A stretch of 64,000 bases of DNA from Burkholderiales bacterium (lineage in GTDB: Bacteria > Pseudomonadota > Gammaproteobacteria > Burkholderiales > Casimicrobiaceae), in assembly GCA_046347835.1 (NCBI GenBank), contig JAXMFI010000003.1, positions 41,759 through 105,758 on the forward strand. Reading direction: 5' to 3'. The notes under the pieces are model-generated. The model was not told the DNA's origin and did not search any database. It saw nothing but the letters and a program-made list of their open reading frames with translations. Numbering within the stretch: position 1 is the stretch's first letter; each line of letters begins with the position of its first letter. Below are positions 36,836 through 47,343 of this stretch, one piece after another. A program made the translations under genes and the position numbers.

Positions 36836-39493
36836 TTACACCGTCCACGGCGCGGGCTTCTCGGGATCGAGGCCGTACTTCGCAATCGCCTCGGCGACCT
36901 TCGCCGCCGGAATCTCGCCGTCGTCCGCAAGTGCCTTCAGCGCGGCGACGGTCACGTACTGCGCGTCGACCTCGAAGAAGCGGCGCAGCTTCGCGCGCGT
37001 GTCGGACCGGCCGAACCCGTCGGTCCCGAGCACGACGTATCGGCGCGGCACCTGCGCTCGGATCTGCTCGGCGAAGAGGCGCATGTAGTCGGTGGCGGCG
37101 ATCACCGGGCCACGCGTGCTGTCGAGGCACGCGTGCACGTGCGACCGGCGCGGCGGCTGCCCCGGATGCAGCGTGTTCCAGCGCGCCACCGCGTAGCCAT
37201 CGCGCGCGAGCTCGGTGAACGACGGGCAGCTCCACAGGTCGGCCGCGACACCCCAGTCGTCGCGCAGCAGGTCGGCGGCCGCGATCACCTGCCGCAGGAT
37301 CGTGCCGGAGCCCATGAGCTGCACGCGCGGCGCCTTGGCGTCGCCGCCGGCCTCGCGCAGCCGGTACATGCCCTTGATGATGCCGGCCGCAGCACCCTCG
37401 GGCATCGCCGGGTGCACGTAGTTCTCGTTCATCAGCGTGAGGTAGTAGTAGACGTCCTGCTGCTCCGCGTACATCCGGCGCATGCCGTCCTGGACGATGA
37501 CCGCGACCTCGTACCCGAACGTCGGGTCGTACGAGACGCAGTTGGGCACGACGGCCGACATGATCTGCGAGTGTCCGTCCTCGTGCTGCAGCCCCTCGCC
37601 GTTCAGCGTCGTGCGCCCCGCCGTCCCGCCGAGCAGGAACCCGCGCGCACGCATGTCGCCGGCCGCCCACGCGAGGTCGCCGACCCGCTGGAAGCCGAAC
37701 ATCGAGTAGAAGATGTAGAAGGGGACCATCGGCACGTTGTGCGTCGAGTACGACGTCGCGGCGGCCATCCAGTCGCACATGCCGCCGGCCTCGTTGATGC
37801 CCTCCTGCAGGATCTGGCCGTGCTTGTCCTCCTTGTAGAACATCAGCTGGTCGTGGTCCTGCGGCGTGTACAGCTGCCCCTGCTGGTTCCAGATGCCGAG
37901 CTGGCGGAACATGCCCTCCATGCCGAACGTGCGCGACTCGTCGGGGACGATCGGGACGACGTGCGGGCCGATGCTCTTGTCGCGCACCAGCACCTGCAGG
38001 ATCTGCACGAAGGCCATCGTCGTCGAGATCTCGCGGTCCTCGGTGCCCTTGAGGAACCGCTCGAACGCGGACAGCGGCGGCACCGGCAGCGGCGCCGCCT
38101 TGCGCCGGCGGGCCGGCAGGTAGCCGCCCAGCGCGCGGCGCCGCGCGTGCATGTATTCGAGCTCGGGCGAGCCCTCCGGGAAGTTGACGAACGGGATCTC
38201 GTCGAGCTTTTCGTCCGGCACCGGAATCTCGAAGCGGTCGCGGAAGCGCTTGAGCGACTCGGGCGACATCTTCTTCTGCTGGTGCGTAATGTTCTGCGCC
38301 TCGCCCGAGCTGCCCATCCCGTAGCCCTTGATCGTCTTGGCGAGGATCACCGTCGGCTGGCCCCTGTGGTTCGCCGCCAGGTGGAACGCCGCGTAGATCT
38401 TGTGCGTGTCGTGGCCGCCGCGGTTGAGGTGCCAGATCTCGTCGTCGGACCAGTCGGCGACGAGCGCCTTCAGCTCCGGCGTGTTGAAGAAGTACTCGCG
38501 CACGTACGCGCCGTTCTTGCTCTTGAACGTCTGGTACTCGCCGTCGACGCACTCCATCATCCGCTGCATCAGGATGCCCTTGCGGTCGCGCGCGAACAGC
38601 GCGTCCCAGTGCGTGCCCCAGATGACCTTAATGACGTTCCAGCCGGCGCCGCGGAAGTCGCTCTCGAGCTCCTGGATGATCTTCCCGTTGCCGCGCACCG
38701 GCCCGTCGAGCCGCTGCAGGTTGCAGTTGACGACGAAAATGAGGTTGTCCAGGGTCTCGCGCGAGGCCATGCCGATCGCGCCCATCGACTCCGGCTCGTC
38801 CATCTCGCCGTCGCCCATGAACGCCCACACCTTGCGCCCTTCGGTCTGCGCGAGGCCGCGGTCCTGCAGGTACTTCATGAAGCGCGCCTGGTAGATCGCC
38901 ATCAGCGGGCCGAGGCCCATCGACACCGTCGGGAACTGCCAGAAGTCCGGCATCAGCCACGGGTGCGGGTACGACGAGATGCCGCGGCCGTCGACCTCCT
39001 GCCGGTAGTTGTCGAGCTGTTCCTCGGTCAGCCGGCCGAGCATGAACGCGCGCGCGTAGACGCCGGTCGCGGAGTGGCCCTGCACGAACACGAGGTCGCC
39101 GCCGTGGTCGTCGGTCGCCGCCCGCCAGAAGTGGTTGAAGCCGACGTCGTAGAGGTCGGCGGCAGAGGCGAAGCTCGCGATGTGGCCGCCGACGTTCGTG
39201 TGCTTGTTCGCGCGCAGCACCATCGCCATCGCGTTCCACCGCACGTACGAGCGGATCCGCGACTCGATCTCCGCGTCGCCCGGCAGGCGCGGCTGCGCGT
39301 CGGTCGGGATCGTGTTGATGTACTGCGTATTGGCGGAGAACGGCAGGTACGCGCCGCGCTGGCGCGCCGCGTCGATCAGCTGCTCGATCAGGTAGTGCGC
39401 GCGGTCGGGACCCTCGGCCGCCATCACGCCGGCGAGTGCATCCAGCCACTCGCGGGTCTCCTGCGGATCCGGGTCGTGCTTCATCGCGTCCAT
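36836..39493 (-). CDS. aceE: Pyruvate dehydrogenase E1, homodimeric type
   Basis: DPDPQETREWL, GGHIASFAS, PTVSMGLGP, GDGEMDEPES (ThDP motif), GRTTLNGEGLQHEDG; GGAGG RBS. Confidence 0.98.
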   Translation of the reverse strand: MDAMKHDPDPQETREWLDALAGVMAAEGPDRAHYLIEQLIDAARQRGAYLPFSANTQYINTIPTDAQPRLPGDAEIESRIRSYVRWNAMAMVLRANKHTNVGGHIASFASAADLYDVGFNHFWRAATDDHGGDLVFVQGHSATGVYARAFMLGRLTEEQLDNYRQEVDGRGISSYPHPWLMPDFWQFPTVSMGLGPLMAIYQARFMKYLQDRGLAQTEGRKVWAFMGDGEMDEPESMGAIGMASRETLDNLIFVVNCNLQRLDGPVRGNGKIIQELESDFRGAGWNVIKVIWGTHWDALFARDRKGILMQRMMECVDGEYQTFKSKNGAYVREYFFNTPELKALVADWSDDEIWHLNRGGHDTHKIYAAFHLAANHRGQPTVILAKTIKGYGMGSSGEAQNITHQQKKMSPESLKRFRDRFEIPVPDEKLDEIPFVNFPEGSPELEYMHARRRALGGYLPARRRKAAPLPVPPLSAFERFLKGTEDREISTTMAFVQILQVLVRDKSIGPHVVPIVPDESRTFGMEGMFRQLGIWNQQGQLYTPQDHDQLMFYKEDKHGQILQEGINEAGGMCDWMAAATSYSTHNVPMVPFYIFYSMFGFQRVGDLAWAAGDMRARGFLLGGTAGRTTLNGEGLQHEDGHSQIMSAVVPNCVSYDPTFGYEVAVIVQDGMRRMYAEQQDVYYYLTLMNENYVHPAMPEGAAAGIIKGMYRLREAGGDAKAPRVQLMGSGTILRQVIAAADLLRDDWGVAADLWSCPSFTELARDGYAVARWNTLHPGQPPRRSHVHACLDSTRGPVIAATDYMRLFAEQIRAQVPRRYVVLGTDGFGRSDTRAKLRRFFEVDAQYVTVAALKALADDGEIPAAKVAEAIAKYGLDPEKPAPWTV

Positions 39494-39669
39494 GGCCATC
39501 CTCCGGGAGACCGCTGGCGCCGCGCCGCGACGCCGGGGCGTCGGGAATTCTAGGCGGCGGCCTCCGCCGTGTATTGCCGCACTGCGCAAGCGCCCGGGGG
39601 CCTTCCTCCGAGGCGGCCCGCCGATCCCGCGACGGCGCAGGTTACCATCTGACGGAAATGATTTCCATA

Positions 39670-40884
39670 TCACGTCGGCGCGGACCGCGGCCTCCGGCCG
39701 ACGAGCATCGCCGCGGCCGTGGCGCTCACCGCGGCGCAGACGAGGAAGCCCGGCCGGTAGCCGCCCGCCAAGGCCGCGAGCCCCGCGAAGACCAGCGGCC
39801 CCGCCACGACCCCGCCGAACGTGACGAAGCCGGACGCGCCGGTCACCGCACCCGCCTGCCCGGCCGGCGCCCGGCGCGCGAGTTCGGAGAGCTGGACGCC
39901 GTTCCAGCCGATCGCCGTGGCGCCGTAGACCGCGACGAGCGGAAGCACGGTCCACGCCGGCCACGCGGGACCCGCAAAGGCCAGCGCGATCCCGCTCGCG
40001 GCCGAAACGGCCGCGGCGAGCGCCAGCGTCCGGGTCGGCGCAAGCCAGCGATCGGCGACCACACCCCAGAAGATGCGGCCAATCACGGCGCTGGTTGTGG
40101 CGCAAGTAAGCGCTAACCCCGCGGCGACGAGCGACCACTGAAGCACGTCGGCGAGGTAGGTGACGAGGAAGCTCGTCAGCGATACCTGGACCGACGCGAA
40201 CGCGAAGCCGGCGAGCGAGAGCTCGCGCAGGCCCGGCGAACCCATCACGGTCCGCAGCGGCGCGAGGACGGCCGCGAGCGAGAACGCCGCAGCCGGCGCG
40301 TGCCGGCGGTCCAGCGATTTGCGCGTCGGCTCGGCGCCGGCCGCGACCAGCACGCCGACGAGCGCGACGGCCACGAACGCGAACCGCCAGCCGGCCAGCA
40401 GCGCGACGCCGGGCAGCGCGGCGCCCGCCAGCGCGATACCGGCCGGCACCCCCGTCTGCTTGACCGAGAACGTCAGCGCCATCCGGTCGACCGGCGTCGT
40501 CCGCACCAGGATCTCGGACGATGCGGCCGTGATCGGGCCGTACCCGATACCCATCGCGAAGGCGGCCGCCGCGAGCACCGGCACCGCGCTCGCCGGCAAC
40601 AGCGCCACGGCGCCGATGCCGGCCGCGCACGCCAGCACGCAGACCTGCGACACCCGGATCGCGCCGTAGCGGGCGATGAACTCGCCGCACGCGAGGCTGC
40701 CCAGCATCGCGCCCGCGTACATCAGGCTGACGAAGACGCCGATCCACTTCGGCGTGACGGCGAGATCCGCGGCGAGCGCGGGCGCGAGCACCGCCGGCGC
40801 CGCCGACGTCAGCGCGGTGAAGACCTGGATCGCGAGGGTGGCGACCAGCGCAACGAGCGCCGTGCGCGCGCCGGGGTCCCTCAT
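39670..40884 (-). CDS. MFS transporter
   Basis: Many TM segments; FIARYGAIRV, FSVKQTGVPAG, GRIFWGVVADR. Confidence 0.9.
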   Translation of the reverse strand: MRDPGARTALVALVATLAIQVFTALTSAAPAVLAPALAADLAVTPKWIGVFVSLMYAGAMLGSLACGEFIARYGAIRVSQVCVLACAAGIGAVALLPASAVPVLAAAAFAMGIGYGPITAASSEILVRTTPVDRMALTFSVKQTGVPAGIALAGAALPGVALLAGWRFAFVAVALVGVLVAAGAEPTRKSLDRRHAPAAAFSLAAVLAPLRTVMGSPGLRELSLAGFAFASVQVSLTSFLVTYLADVLQWSLVAAGLALTCATTSAVIGRIFWGVVADRWLAPTRTLALAAAVSAASGIALAFAGPAWPAWTVLPLVAVYGATAIGWNGVQLSELARRAPAGQAGAVTGASGFVTFGGVVAGPLVFAGLAALAGGYRPGFLVCAAVSATAAAMLVGRRPRSAPT

Positions 40885-40887
40885 CGC

Positions 40888-41535
40888 CTAGATTGCTGCG
40901 GGCGGGACGTCGCGCGAGCCGGGCACGAGGCGCGCCGGGGTGGCGATGGCGTCGACGAAGAGATCGTGCGGCGCCGCGGGAACCCGCGGCACCAGCTGCA
41001 GCTCGAACGCACCCGCGATGCGCGCGGCGGCCGGCGCCAGCAGCGCCAGCAGGCGATCGTAGTAGCCGCCGCCATAGCCCAGCCGGCGGCCGGTCGGATC
41101 GAAGGCCACGCCGGGCACGAGCACGAAGTCGACGGTGGCGAGTTCGATCCGCGGCTGCTCCGGCCGCGGCTCGGGAATGCCCCGGTAGCCCGGCGCCGTG
41201 TCCCGGGCGACGTCGACGACCGTGTGCAGGTCGAGCATCCTCGTCGCGCCGTTCACGCGCGGCAGCGCGACGACCTTGCCGCCGGCGAGCGCGCCGTCGA
41301 TGAGCGCGCGCGTGTCCCACTCGCTGCGGAACGACAGCGTCAGCAGCACGCAGTGCGCGCCCGCATACGACGGCAGCGCGGCGATGCGCGCCGCGATCGC
41401 GCGCGACCCCTCGTCGCGCTCGGCCGCGGGCAGCGCATCGCGCGCCGCGAGGACCTCTTCGCGCATCGCGCGCTTGGCGTCGTGCAGCGCCGGTCCGCTG
41501 AGCGGTTCGGCGGATTGCACGGGATCGCGGGCCAT
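40888..41535 (-). CDS. 5-formyltetrahydrofolate cyclo-ligase
   Basis: SFRSEWDT, GIPEP, DFVLVPGVAFD..GRRLGYGGGYYDRLL. Confidence 0.95.
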   Translation of the reverse strand: MARDPVQSAEPLSGPALHDAKRAMREEVLAARDALPAAERDEGSRAIAARIAALPSYAGAHCVLLTLSFRSEWDTRALIDGALAGGKVVALPRVNGATRMLDLHTVVDVARDTAPGYRGIPEPRPEQPRIELATVDFVLVPGVAFDPTGRRLGYGGGYYDRLLALLAPAAARIAGAFELQLVPRVPAAPHDLFVDAIATPARLVPGSRDVPPAAI

Positions 41536-41598
41536 GTCCGATGTTAGCAGGCCCTCGCCGGTCGGCTCGTGCGCGCGGCCGGCACGCCGGGCCGCTTA

Positions 41599-41604
41599 TA
41601 TAAT
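41599..41604 (+). promoter_or_regulatory. Candidate sigma70 -10 box for pepP
   Basis: Perfect TATAAT about 30 nt before the pepP ATG. Confidence 0.5.
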
Positions 41605-41635
41605 GCGCGGTCGACGTCCACGCACGCGTGAGGCC

Positions 41636-42955
41636 ATGAGGAACACCCACCAGTTCTACCGGGAGAGGCGCGGCGCGCTGCTGCGCACGATGCGCGACCA
41701 CGCCGGCGGCGGCCTCGCCCTCGTCCCGACGGCCCCGGAGGTCGCGCGCAATCGCGATTCGCTGTTTCCCTACCGGCCCGACAGCTATTTCTATTACCTG
41801 TCGGGGTTTCCCGAGCCCGAGGCGGTCGTGGCGCTGGTCGCCGGCCCGGACGGGGACCGGCAGGTGCTGTTCTGCCGCGAGAAGAACGAGGAACGCGAGA
41901 TCTGGGACGGCTTCCGCTACGGCCCGGAGGCCGCGAAGGAGATCTTCGGATTCGACGAGGCGCACCCGATCGGCGCGCTCGCCGAGAAGCTGCCCGAGCT
42001 CGCTTCCGACCGCCCGGCGCTGTTCACGCCGCTCGGCCTGTTCGAGCCGTGGGACCGGCAGGTCACGCAGCTGCTCAACGACGTCCGCGCGCGCGTGCGC
42101 ACCGGCGTCGCGGCGCCCGACGAGGTCGTCGACGTGCGCGCGTCGCTCGACACGATGCGGCTCGTCAAGGACGGCCACGAGGCGGACCTGATGCGGCGTG
42201 CCGGCGCGATCTCGTCCGGCGCGCACGTGCGCGCGATGGCGGCGACGCGGCCGGGCTGGTTCGAGTACCAGGTCGAGGCCGAGCTGCTGCACGAGTTCCT
42301 GCGCCACGGCGCGCAGGCGGTCGCCTACCCGTCGATCGTCGCGTCGGGGCCGAACGCGTGCGTGCTGCACTACCGCGACAACAACCGCGAGATGGCGGCC
42401 GGCGATCTGCTGCTGATCGACGCCGGCTGCGAGTACCAGGGCTACGCATCGGACATCACGCGCACGTTTCCCGTCGGCGGCCGCTTCGGCGGCCCGCAGA
42501 AGGACGTCTACGAGCTCGTGCTGGCTTCGCAGCTCGCGTGCCTCGACGCGATCAGGCCGGGTGCGGAGTTCCACGACTATCACAAGGTGGCCGAGCGCGT
42601 GCTGGCGCAGGGGTATCTCGACCTCGGCCTCCTCAAGGGCACGCTCGACGAGGTGATGGAAAGCGGCGCCTACAAGCAGTTCTACATGCACCGTGCCGGG
42701 CACTGGCTCGGCATGGACGTGCACGACGCCGGCCTCTACCAGGTGAAGGGCGCGTCGCAGAAGCTCGTGCCCGGCATGGCGCTCACCGTCGAGCCTGGCA
42801 CGTACATCCGGCCGGCCGACAACGTTCCTGAGCACTTCTGGAACATCGGCGTGCGCATCGAGGACGACGTGCTGGTGACGGCTTCCGGTTACGAGAACCT
42901 GACGGCGGCGACGCCGAAATCGGTCGCCGACGTGGAGGCGGCCTGCCGCCGTTGA
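41636..42955 (+). CDS. pepP: Xaa-Pro aminopeptidase
   Basis: DSYFYYLSGFPEPE, LIDAGCEYQGYASDITRTF, GHWLGMDVHD, TVEPG, GVRIEDD. Confidence 0.96.
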   Translation: MRNTHQFYRERRGALLRTMRDHAGGGLALVPTAPEVARNRDSLFPYRPDSYFYYLSGFPEPEAVVALVAGPDGDRQVLFCREKNEEREIWDGFRYGPEAAKEIFGFDEAHPIGALAEKLPELASDRPALFTPLGLFEPWDRQVTQLLNDVRARVRTGVAAPDEVVDVRASLDTMRLVKDGHEADLMRRAGAISSGAHVRAMAATRPGWFEYQVEAELLHEFLRHGAQAVAYPSIVASGPNACVLHYRDNNREMAAGDLLLIDAGCEYQGYASDITRTFPVGGRFGGPQKDVYELVLASQLACLDAIRPGAEFHDYHKVAERVLAQGYLDLGLLKGTLDEVMESGAYKQFYMHRAGHWLGMDVHDAGLYQVKGASQKLVPGMALTVEPGTYIRPADNVPEHFWNIGVRIEDDVLVTASGYENLTAATPKSVADVEAACRR

Positions 42956-43000
42956 CCGCGCCGGAGAAGTGACGGCCGCGGGCGGTTTCGTCGACCCCCG

Positions 43001-43081
43001 TGTCCTCCGAGCGCGGCGAGGGATCCGCTTCTCGCGGCGAGCCGGCGTGAACAGCGGTCCCCGGCTGCGCTCGGAACGACA
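43001..43081. repeat. Family A REP-like hairpin, degenerate second copy
   Basis: tgtcctccgagcgcggcgagggatccgct ... agcggtccccggctgcgctcggaacgaca; similar to 11030-11127. Confidence 0.7.
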
Positions 43082-43121
43082 GGATGTATGGATATGGGAC
43101 CAGGCCGGATTGGAGCCGGAC

Positions 43122-44276
43122 ATGCATGACGTCGCGATCGTCGGCGCGGGACCCGTGGGCGGCACGCTCGCGCTGGCGCTCGCTGACGCCGACCTCGACG
43201 TCGTCGCGCTCGACGCGCGAGCGCAGGGCGCCACGCTGCGCCGCGACCGCTCGCTCGCGCTGTCGCACGGCGCGCGGCTGGTGTTCGAGCGCCTCGGCGT
43301 GTGGCCGCGGCTCGCCGACACGAAGGGCGCGCTGACGCCGATCCTGACCATCGACATTTCGCAGGCCGGCGGCTTCGGCGTCACCCGGCTGTCCGCGGCC
43401 GAGCAGGGGCTGCCGGCGCTGGGCTACGTCGTGTCGTACCTCGCGTTGCAGGCGGCGATCGACGCGGAGCTCGCGCGCACGCGCACGGTGATCCGATACG
43501 GGGCACAGGTCGACAACGTCGGCGGCACGCCCGCGTACGCCGCGGTGACGTTCGCCGATGGCACCCGCGACGCGCTCACCGCGCGGCTCGCGGTCGTCGC
43601 CGACGGCAGCGGCGCGGCCGTCGCCGGCGTCGCGCGCGAGCGGCGCGAGTACCGGCAGGTCGCGCTGCTCGCGAAGGTCGCCATGGCGCGCCCGCACGCG
43701 GGCGTCGCGTACGAGCGCTTCACGCCGTCGGGGCCGGTCGCGCTGCTGCCGGAGGGCGACCACTACGGGCTCATCTGGACGATGGCGCCGGCCGAAGGCG
43801 AGCGCGTGCTCGCGCTGTCCGACGCCGAGTTCCTGGCCGAGCTCGCCGCGCACTTCGGTGCGCGGGTCGAAGGCTTCCGCGGCGTGCGCGACCGGACGAC
43901 GTTCCCGCTGGCGCTCGAATTCGCGCGGCCCGCCGTCACGACCCGGTGCGTGCTGATCGGCAACGCCGCGCAGACGCTGCACCCGATCGCGGGGCAGGGG
44001 TTCAACCTCGGCGTGCGCGACGCGTACGCGCTCGCGCAGACGATCGTCGAGCACGGGCGCGACGCGCTCGGCGACCGCGCGATGGTGGCCGACTATGCGG
44101 CGCGGCGGCGCGTCGACCGCGTCGCGGGCATCGCGTTCACGCACGGGTTGACGCGGCTGTTCGCGCCGGATTGGCCGCCGCTCGCCTGGCCGCGCGGTGT
44201 CGCGCTGTCGGTCCTGGACGCGATCCCGCCGCTGAAGCGCGCGTTCACGAACGCGATGCTGTTCGGGCTGCGCTGA
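43122..44276 (+). CDS. ubiH: UbiH/Coq6-family FAD-dependent monooxygenase
   Basis: IVGAGPVG, VVADG, AYERFTPSGPVALLP, GNAAQTLHPIAGQGFNLG; follows pepP. Confidence 0.85.
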   Translation: MHDVAIVGAGPVGGTLALALADADLDVVALDARAQGATLRRDRSLALSHGARLVFERLGVWPRLADTKGALTPILTIDISQAGGFGVTRLSAAEQGLPALGYVVSYLALQAAIDAELARTRTVIRYGAQVDNVGGTPAYAAVTFADGTRDALTARLAVVADGSGAAVAGVARERREYRQVALLAKVAMARPHAGVAYERFTPSGPVALLPEGDHYGLIWTMAPAEGERVLALSDAEFLAELAAHFGARVEGFRGVRDRTTFPLALEFARPAVTTRCVLIGNAAQTLHPIAGQGFNLGVRDAYALAQTIVEHGRDALGDRAMVADYAARRRVDRVAGIAFTHGLTRLFAPDWPPLAWPRGVALSVLDAIPPLKRAFTNAMLFGLR

Positions 44277-44383
44277 ACGCGCGTTCGCCGCAATCTTCGC
44301 CGTGTCGCTTTCGCGACACAGCGCACGCCGTCTCGCTGCGCAAAAACCGGGCAGCGGCGGGCGCGGCACGCGCGCAAAGCCGG

Positions 44384-44389
44384 TATAAT
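44384..44389 (+). promoter_or_regulatory. Candidate sigma70 -10 box for dusB-fis-purH operon
   Basis: Perfect TATAAT upstream of dusB. Confidence 0.55.
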
Positions 44390-44440
44390 CGAAGGCGAAT
44401 TCCCGGCGGCACTCCTTCCCTTCGATCTTCCGCTCCGATC

Positions 44441-45505
44441 GTGCGCATCGGCCCTCATCCGTTGCCGAACAACGTCGCCGTCGCCCCGATGGCCGGCGTC
44501 ACCGACCGCCCGTTCCGCCAGCTCTGCCGGCGGCTGGGCGCCGGCTACGCGGTGTCGGAGATGGTCGCGTCGAATCCGCGGCTGCGGGACACGGCGAAGT
44601 CGCGGCAGAGGATCGACCACGACGGCGAGCCCGCGCCGGTGGCCGTGCAGATCGCCGGCGCCGACCCGGCGCTGATCGCCGACGCCGCACGCTACAACGT
44701 CGCGCGCGGCGCGCAGATCGTCGACATCAACATGGGGTGCCCGGCGAAGAAGGTCTGCAACGCGGCCGCGGGCTCGGCGCTGCTCGGCAACGAGCCGCTG
44801 GTCGCCGCGATCGTCGCCGCCGCCGTGCGCGCCGTGGACGTCCCCGTCACGCTCAAGATCCGCACCGGTCCGCATCCGGGCGCCCGCAACGCGGTCGTGA
44901 TCGCGCGCATCGCCGAGGACGCCGGCATCGCCGCGCTGACCGTGCACGGCCGCACGCGGGCGTGCGCGTTCGTCGGCGCCGTCGAGTACGACACGATCGC
45001 GGCGGTCAAGCGCGCCGTGCGCATCCCGGTCATCGCCAACGGCGACATCGGCAGCCCCGAGGACGCGCGCGACGTGCTCGCCCGGACGGGCGCCGATGCG
45101 GTGATGATCGGCCGCGCGGCGCAGGGCCGGCCGTGGATCTTCCGCGAGATCGTGCACTACCTGGCGACGGGCACGCACCTGCCGCCGCCGACCGTGGCCG
45201 AGGCGCGCGCACTCGTCGTCGCGCACCTGACCGACCACTACGCGTTCCACGGCGAGCTCGCGGGCGTACGCACCGCGCGCAAGCACCTCGGCTGGTACGC
45301 GCAATCGCTGCCGGACGGCGAGGCGTTCCGCCGCGCGATGTGCGCGGCCGAGACGCCAGCCGCGCAACTCGCGACGGTCGAAGCCTACTTCGACCGGCTC
45401 GCGGCGGCGGGCGTCCGGCTGCCCGCGGCACGACCGCGCGCGGCGGCCGTCGGCAGCGCCGAACACCATGACCGGCACCGGGCAGGGGAGGCCCTCGCGG
45501 CGTGA
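44441..45505 (+). CDS. dusB: tRNA-dihydrouridine synthase B
   Basis: [45 protein letters not shown]; upstream of fis. Confidence 0.95.
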   Translation: MRIGPHPLPNNVAVAPMAGVTDRPFRQLCRRLGAGYAVSEMVASNPRLRDTAKSRQRIDHDGEPAPVAVQIAGADPALIADAARYNVARGAQIVDINMGCPAKKVCNAAAGSALLGNEPLVAAIVAAAVRAVDVPVTLKIRTGPHPGARNAVVIARIAEDAGIAALTVHGRTRACAFVGAVEYDTIAAVKRAVRIPVIANGDIGSPEDARDVLARTGADAVMIGRAAQGRPWIFREIVHYLATGTHLPPPTVAEARALVVAHLTDHYAFHGELAGVRTARKHLGWYAQSLPDGEAFRRAMCAAETPAAQLATVEAYFDRLAAAGVRLPAARPRAAAVGSAEHHDRHRAGEALAA

Positions 45506-45756
45506 CCAGAAAACAGAAACTGAACGGCAGCAACGAGATCTGCCGCAGCGTCGACAAGTCGCTCGACGAGTACTTCAGGCGCCTCGACGGCGAGATGCCG
45601 ACCGGCGTGTACGACATGGTGATCGGCCACGTCGAGCGGGCGCTGCTCGCGTCGATCATGACGCGCGCGGACGGCAACCAGTCGCAGGCGGCGGAGATGC
45701 TCGGCATGAACCGCAACACGCTCCGCGCGAAGCTCGTCAAGTACAAGTTGCTGTGA
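45502..45756 (+). CDS. fis: Fis-family DNA-binding protein
   Basis: [24 protein letters not shown]; dusB-fis-purH order. Confidence 0.92.
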   Translation: MTRKQKLNGSNEICRSVDKSLDEYFRRLDGEMPTGVYDMVIGHVERALLASIMTRADGNQSQAAEMLGMNRNTLRAKLVKYKLL

Positions 45757-47336
45757 CGACCGTCGCCGCCCCCGTTGCACAGGCGCTGCTCTCGGTCTCG
45801 GACAAGACCGGCCTCGCCGATTTCGCGCGCGGGCTCGTCGCGCAAGGCGTGCGCCTGCTGTCCACCGGCGGCACCGCGAAGGCGCTGGCCGACGCCGGAC
45901 TGCCCGTCATCGACGTCGGCGCCTACACCGGCTTTCCCGAGATGCTCGACGGCCGCGTGAAGACGCTGCACCCGAAGATCCACGGCGGCATCCTCGCGCG
46001 CCGCGACCTGCCCGAGCACGTCGCCGCGCTTGCGCGGCACGGCATCCCGACGATCGACCTCGTCGTCGTCAACCTGTACCCGTTCCGGGCGACGGTCGCG
46101 AAGCCCGGCTGCACGCTGGAGGACGCCGTCGAGAACATCGACATCGGCGGCCCGTCGATGGTGCGCGCGGCGGCGAAGAACTGGCCGCACGTCGGCGTCG
46201 TCGTCGACCCCGCCGACTACGCGGGCGTGCTCGCCGAGCTCGCGGCGAACGGCAGCGCGCTGACTACCGACACGCGGTTCCGGCTGATGCGCAAGGCCTT
46301 CGCGCACACGGCCGCCTACGACGGCGCGATCGCCAACTGGCTGACGGCGCGCGGGCCGGACGGCATTGCGCAGGGCTGGCCCGAGTCGTTCCACTTCGCC
46401 GGCACGAAGGTGCAGGAGATGCGCTACGGCGAGAACCCGCACCAGTCGGCGGCGTTCTATCGCGACGAAGCGCCGGCGGCCGGCGCGATCGCCACGTATC
46501 GGCAGCTGCAGGGCAAGGAGCTGTCGTACAACAACGTCGCCGACAGCGACGCCGCGTGGGAGTGCGTGAAGACGTTCGCCGAGCCCGCGTGCGTGATCGT
46601 CAAGCACGCGAATCCGTGCGGCGTCGCCATTGCCGGCACGCCGCTGGCCGCGTACCGCAAGGCCTTCGCCACCGACCCGACGTCGGCGTTCGGCGGCATC
46701 ATCGCGTTCAACCGCCCGGTCGACGCCGCGACGGTGGAGGCCGTGGCCGCGCAGTTCCTCGAGGTGCTGATCGCGCCCGCCTACACGGACGACGCGCTGG
46801 CGGCGATCGCGAAGAAGGTCAACGTGCGCGTGCTCGCCGTCCCGCTGCCGGCGGGCGGCGCCGGAGCCAACGTGTGGGACGCGAAGCGCGTCGGCGGCGG
46901 GCTCCTCGTGCAGTCGCCCGACACGCGCAACGTGGACGCCGGCGAGCTCGAGGTGGTCACGAAGCTCGCGCCCACGCCCGCGCAGATGACCGACCTTCTG
47001 TTCGCGTGGCGGGTGGCGAAGTACGTCAAGTCGAATGCGATCGTCTACTGCCGCGACGGGCAGACGCTCGGCATCGGCGCCGGGCAGATGAGCCGCGTGG
47101 ATTCGACGCGCATCGCGGCGATGAAGGCCGCCAACGCCGGCCTCGACCTCGCGGGCTCGGTCGTCGCGTCCGACGCGTTCTTCCCGTTCCGCGACGGCCT
47201 CGACGTCGTCGCCGACAACGGCGCCGTGGCGGTGATCCAGCCGGGCGGCAGCATGCGCGACGCCGAGGTGATCGCGGCGGCGGACGAGCGCGGCGTCGCG
47301 ATGGTGTTCACCGGCATCCGCCACTTCCGCCACTAG
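45753..47336 (+). CDS. purH: Bifunctional AICAR transformylase / IMP cyclohydrolase
   Basis: [47 protein letters not shown]. Confidence 0.98.
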   Translation: MTTVAAPVAQALLSVSDKTGLADFARGLVAQGVRLLSTGGTAKALADAGLPVIDVGAYTGFPEMLDGRVKTLHPKIHGGILARRDLPEHVAALARHGIPTIDLVVVNLYPFRATVAKPGCTLEDAVENIDIGGPSMVRAAAKNWPHVGVVVDPADYAGVLAELAANGSALTTDTRFRLMRKAFAHTAAYDGAIANWLTARGPDGIAQGWPESFHFAGTKVQEMRYGENPHQSAAFYRDEAPAAGAIATYRQLQGKELSYNNVADSDAAWECVKTFAEPACVIVKHANPCGVAIAGTPLAAYRKAFATDPTSAFGGIIAFNRPVDAATVEAVAAQFLEVLIAPAYTDDALAAIAKKVNVRVLAVPLPAGGAGANVWDAKRVGGGLLVQSPDTRNVDAGELEVVTKLAPTPAQMTDLLFAWRVAKYVKSNAIVYCRDGQTLGIGAGQMSRVDSTRIAAMKAANAGLDLAGSVVASDAFFPFRDGLDVVADNGAVAVIQPGGSMRDAEVIAAADERGVAMVFTGIRHFRH

Positions 47337-47343
47337 CGCGCGC

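Noticed and set aside
36836-43384. 2182-aa ORF suggesting a giant AceE fusion
   Set aside because: Only the last ~885 aa are AceE, which has its own RBS at 39493. The upstream part is stop-free shadow frame over the MFS, cyclo-ligase and antisense pepP genes, as expected in high-GC DNA.
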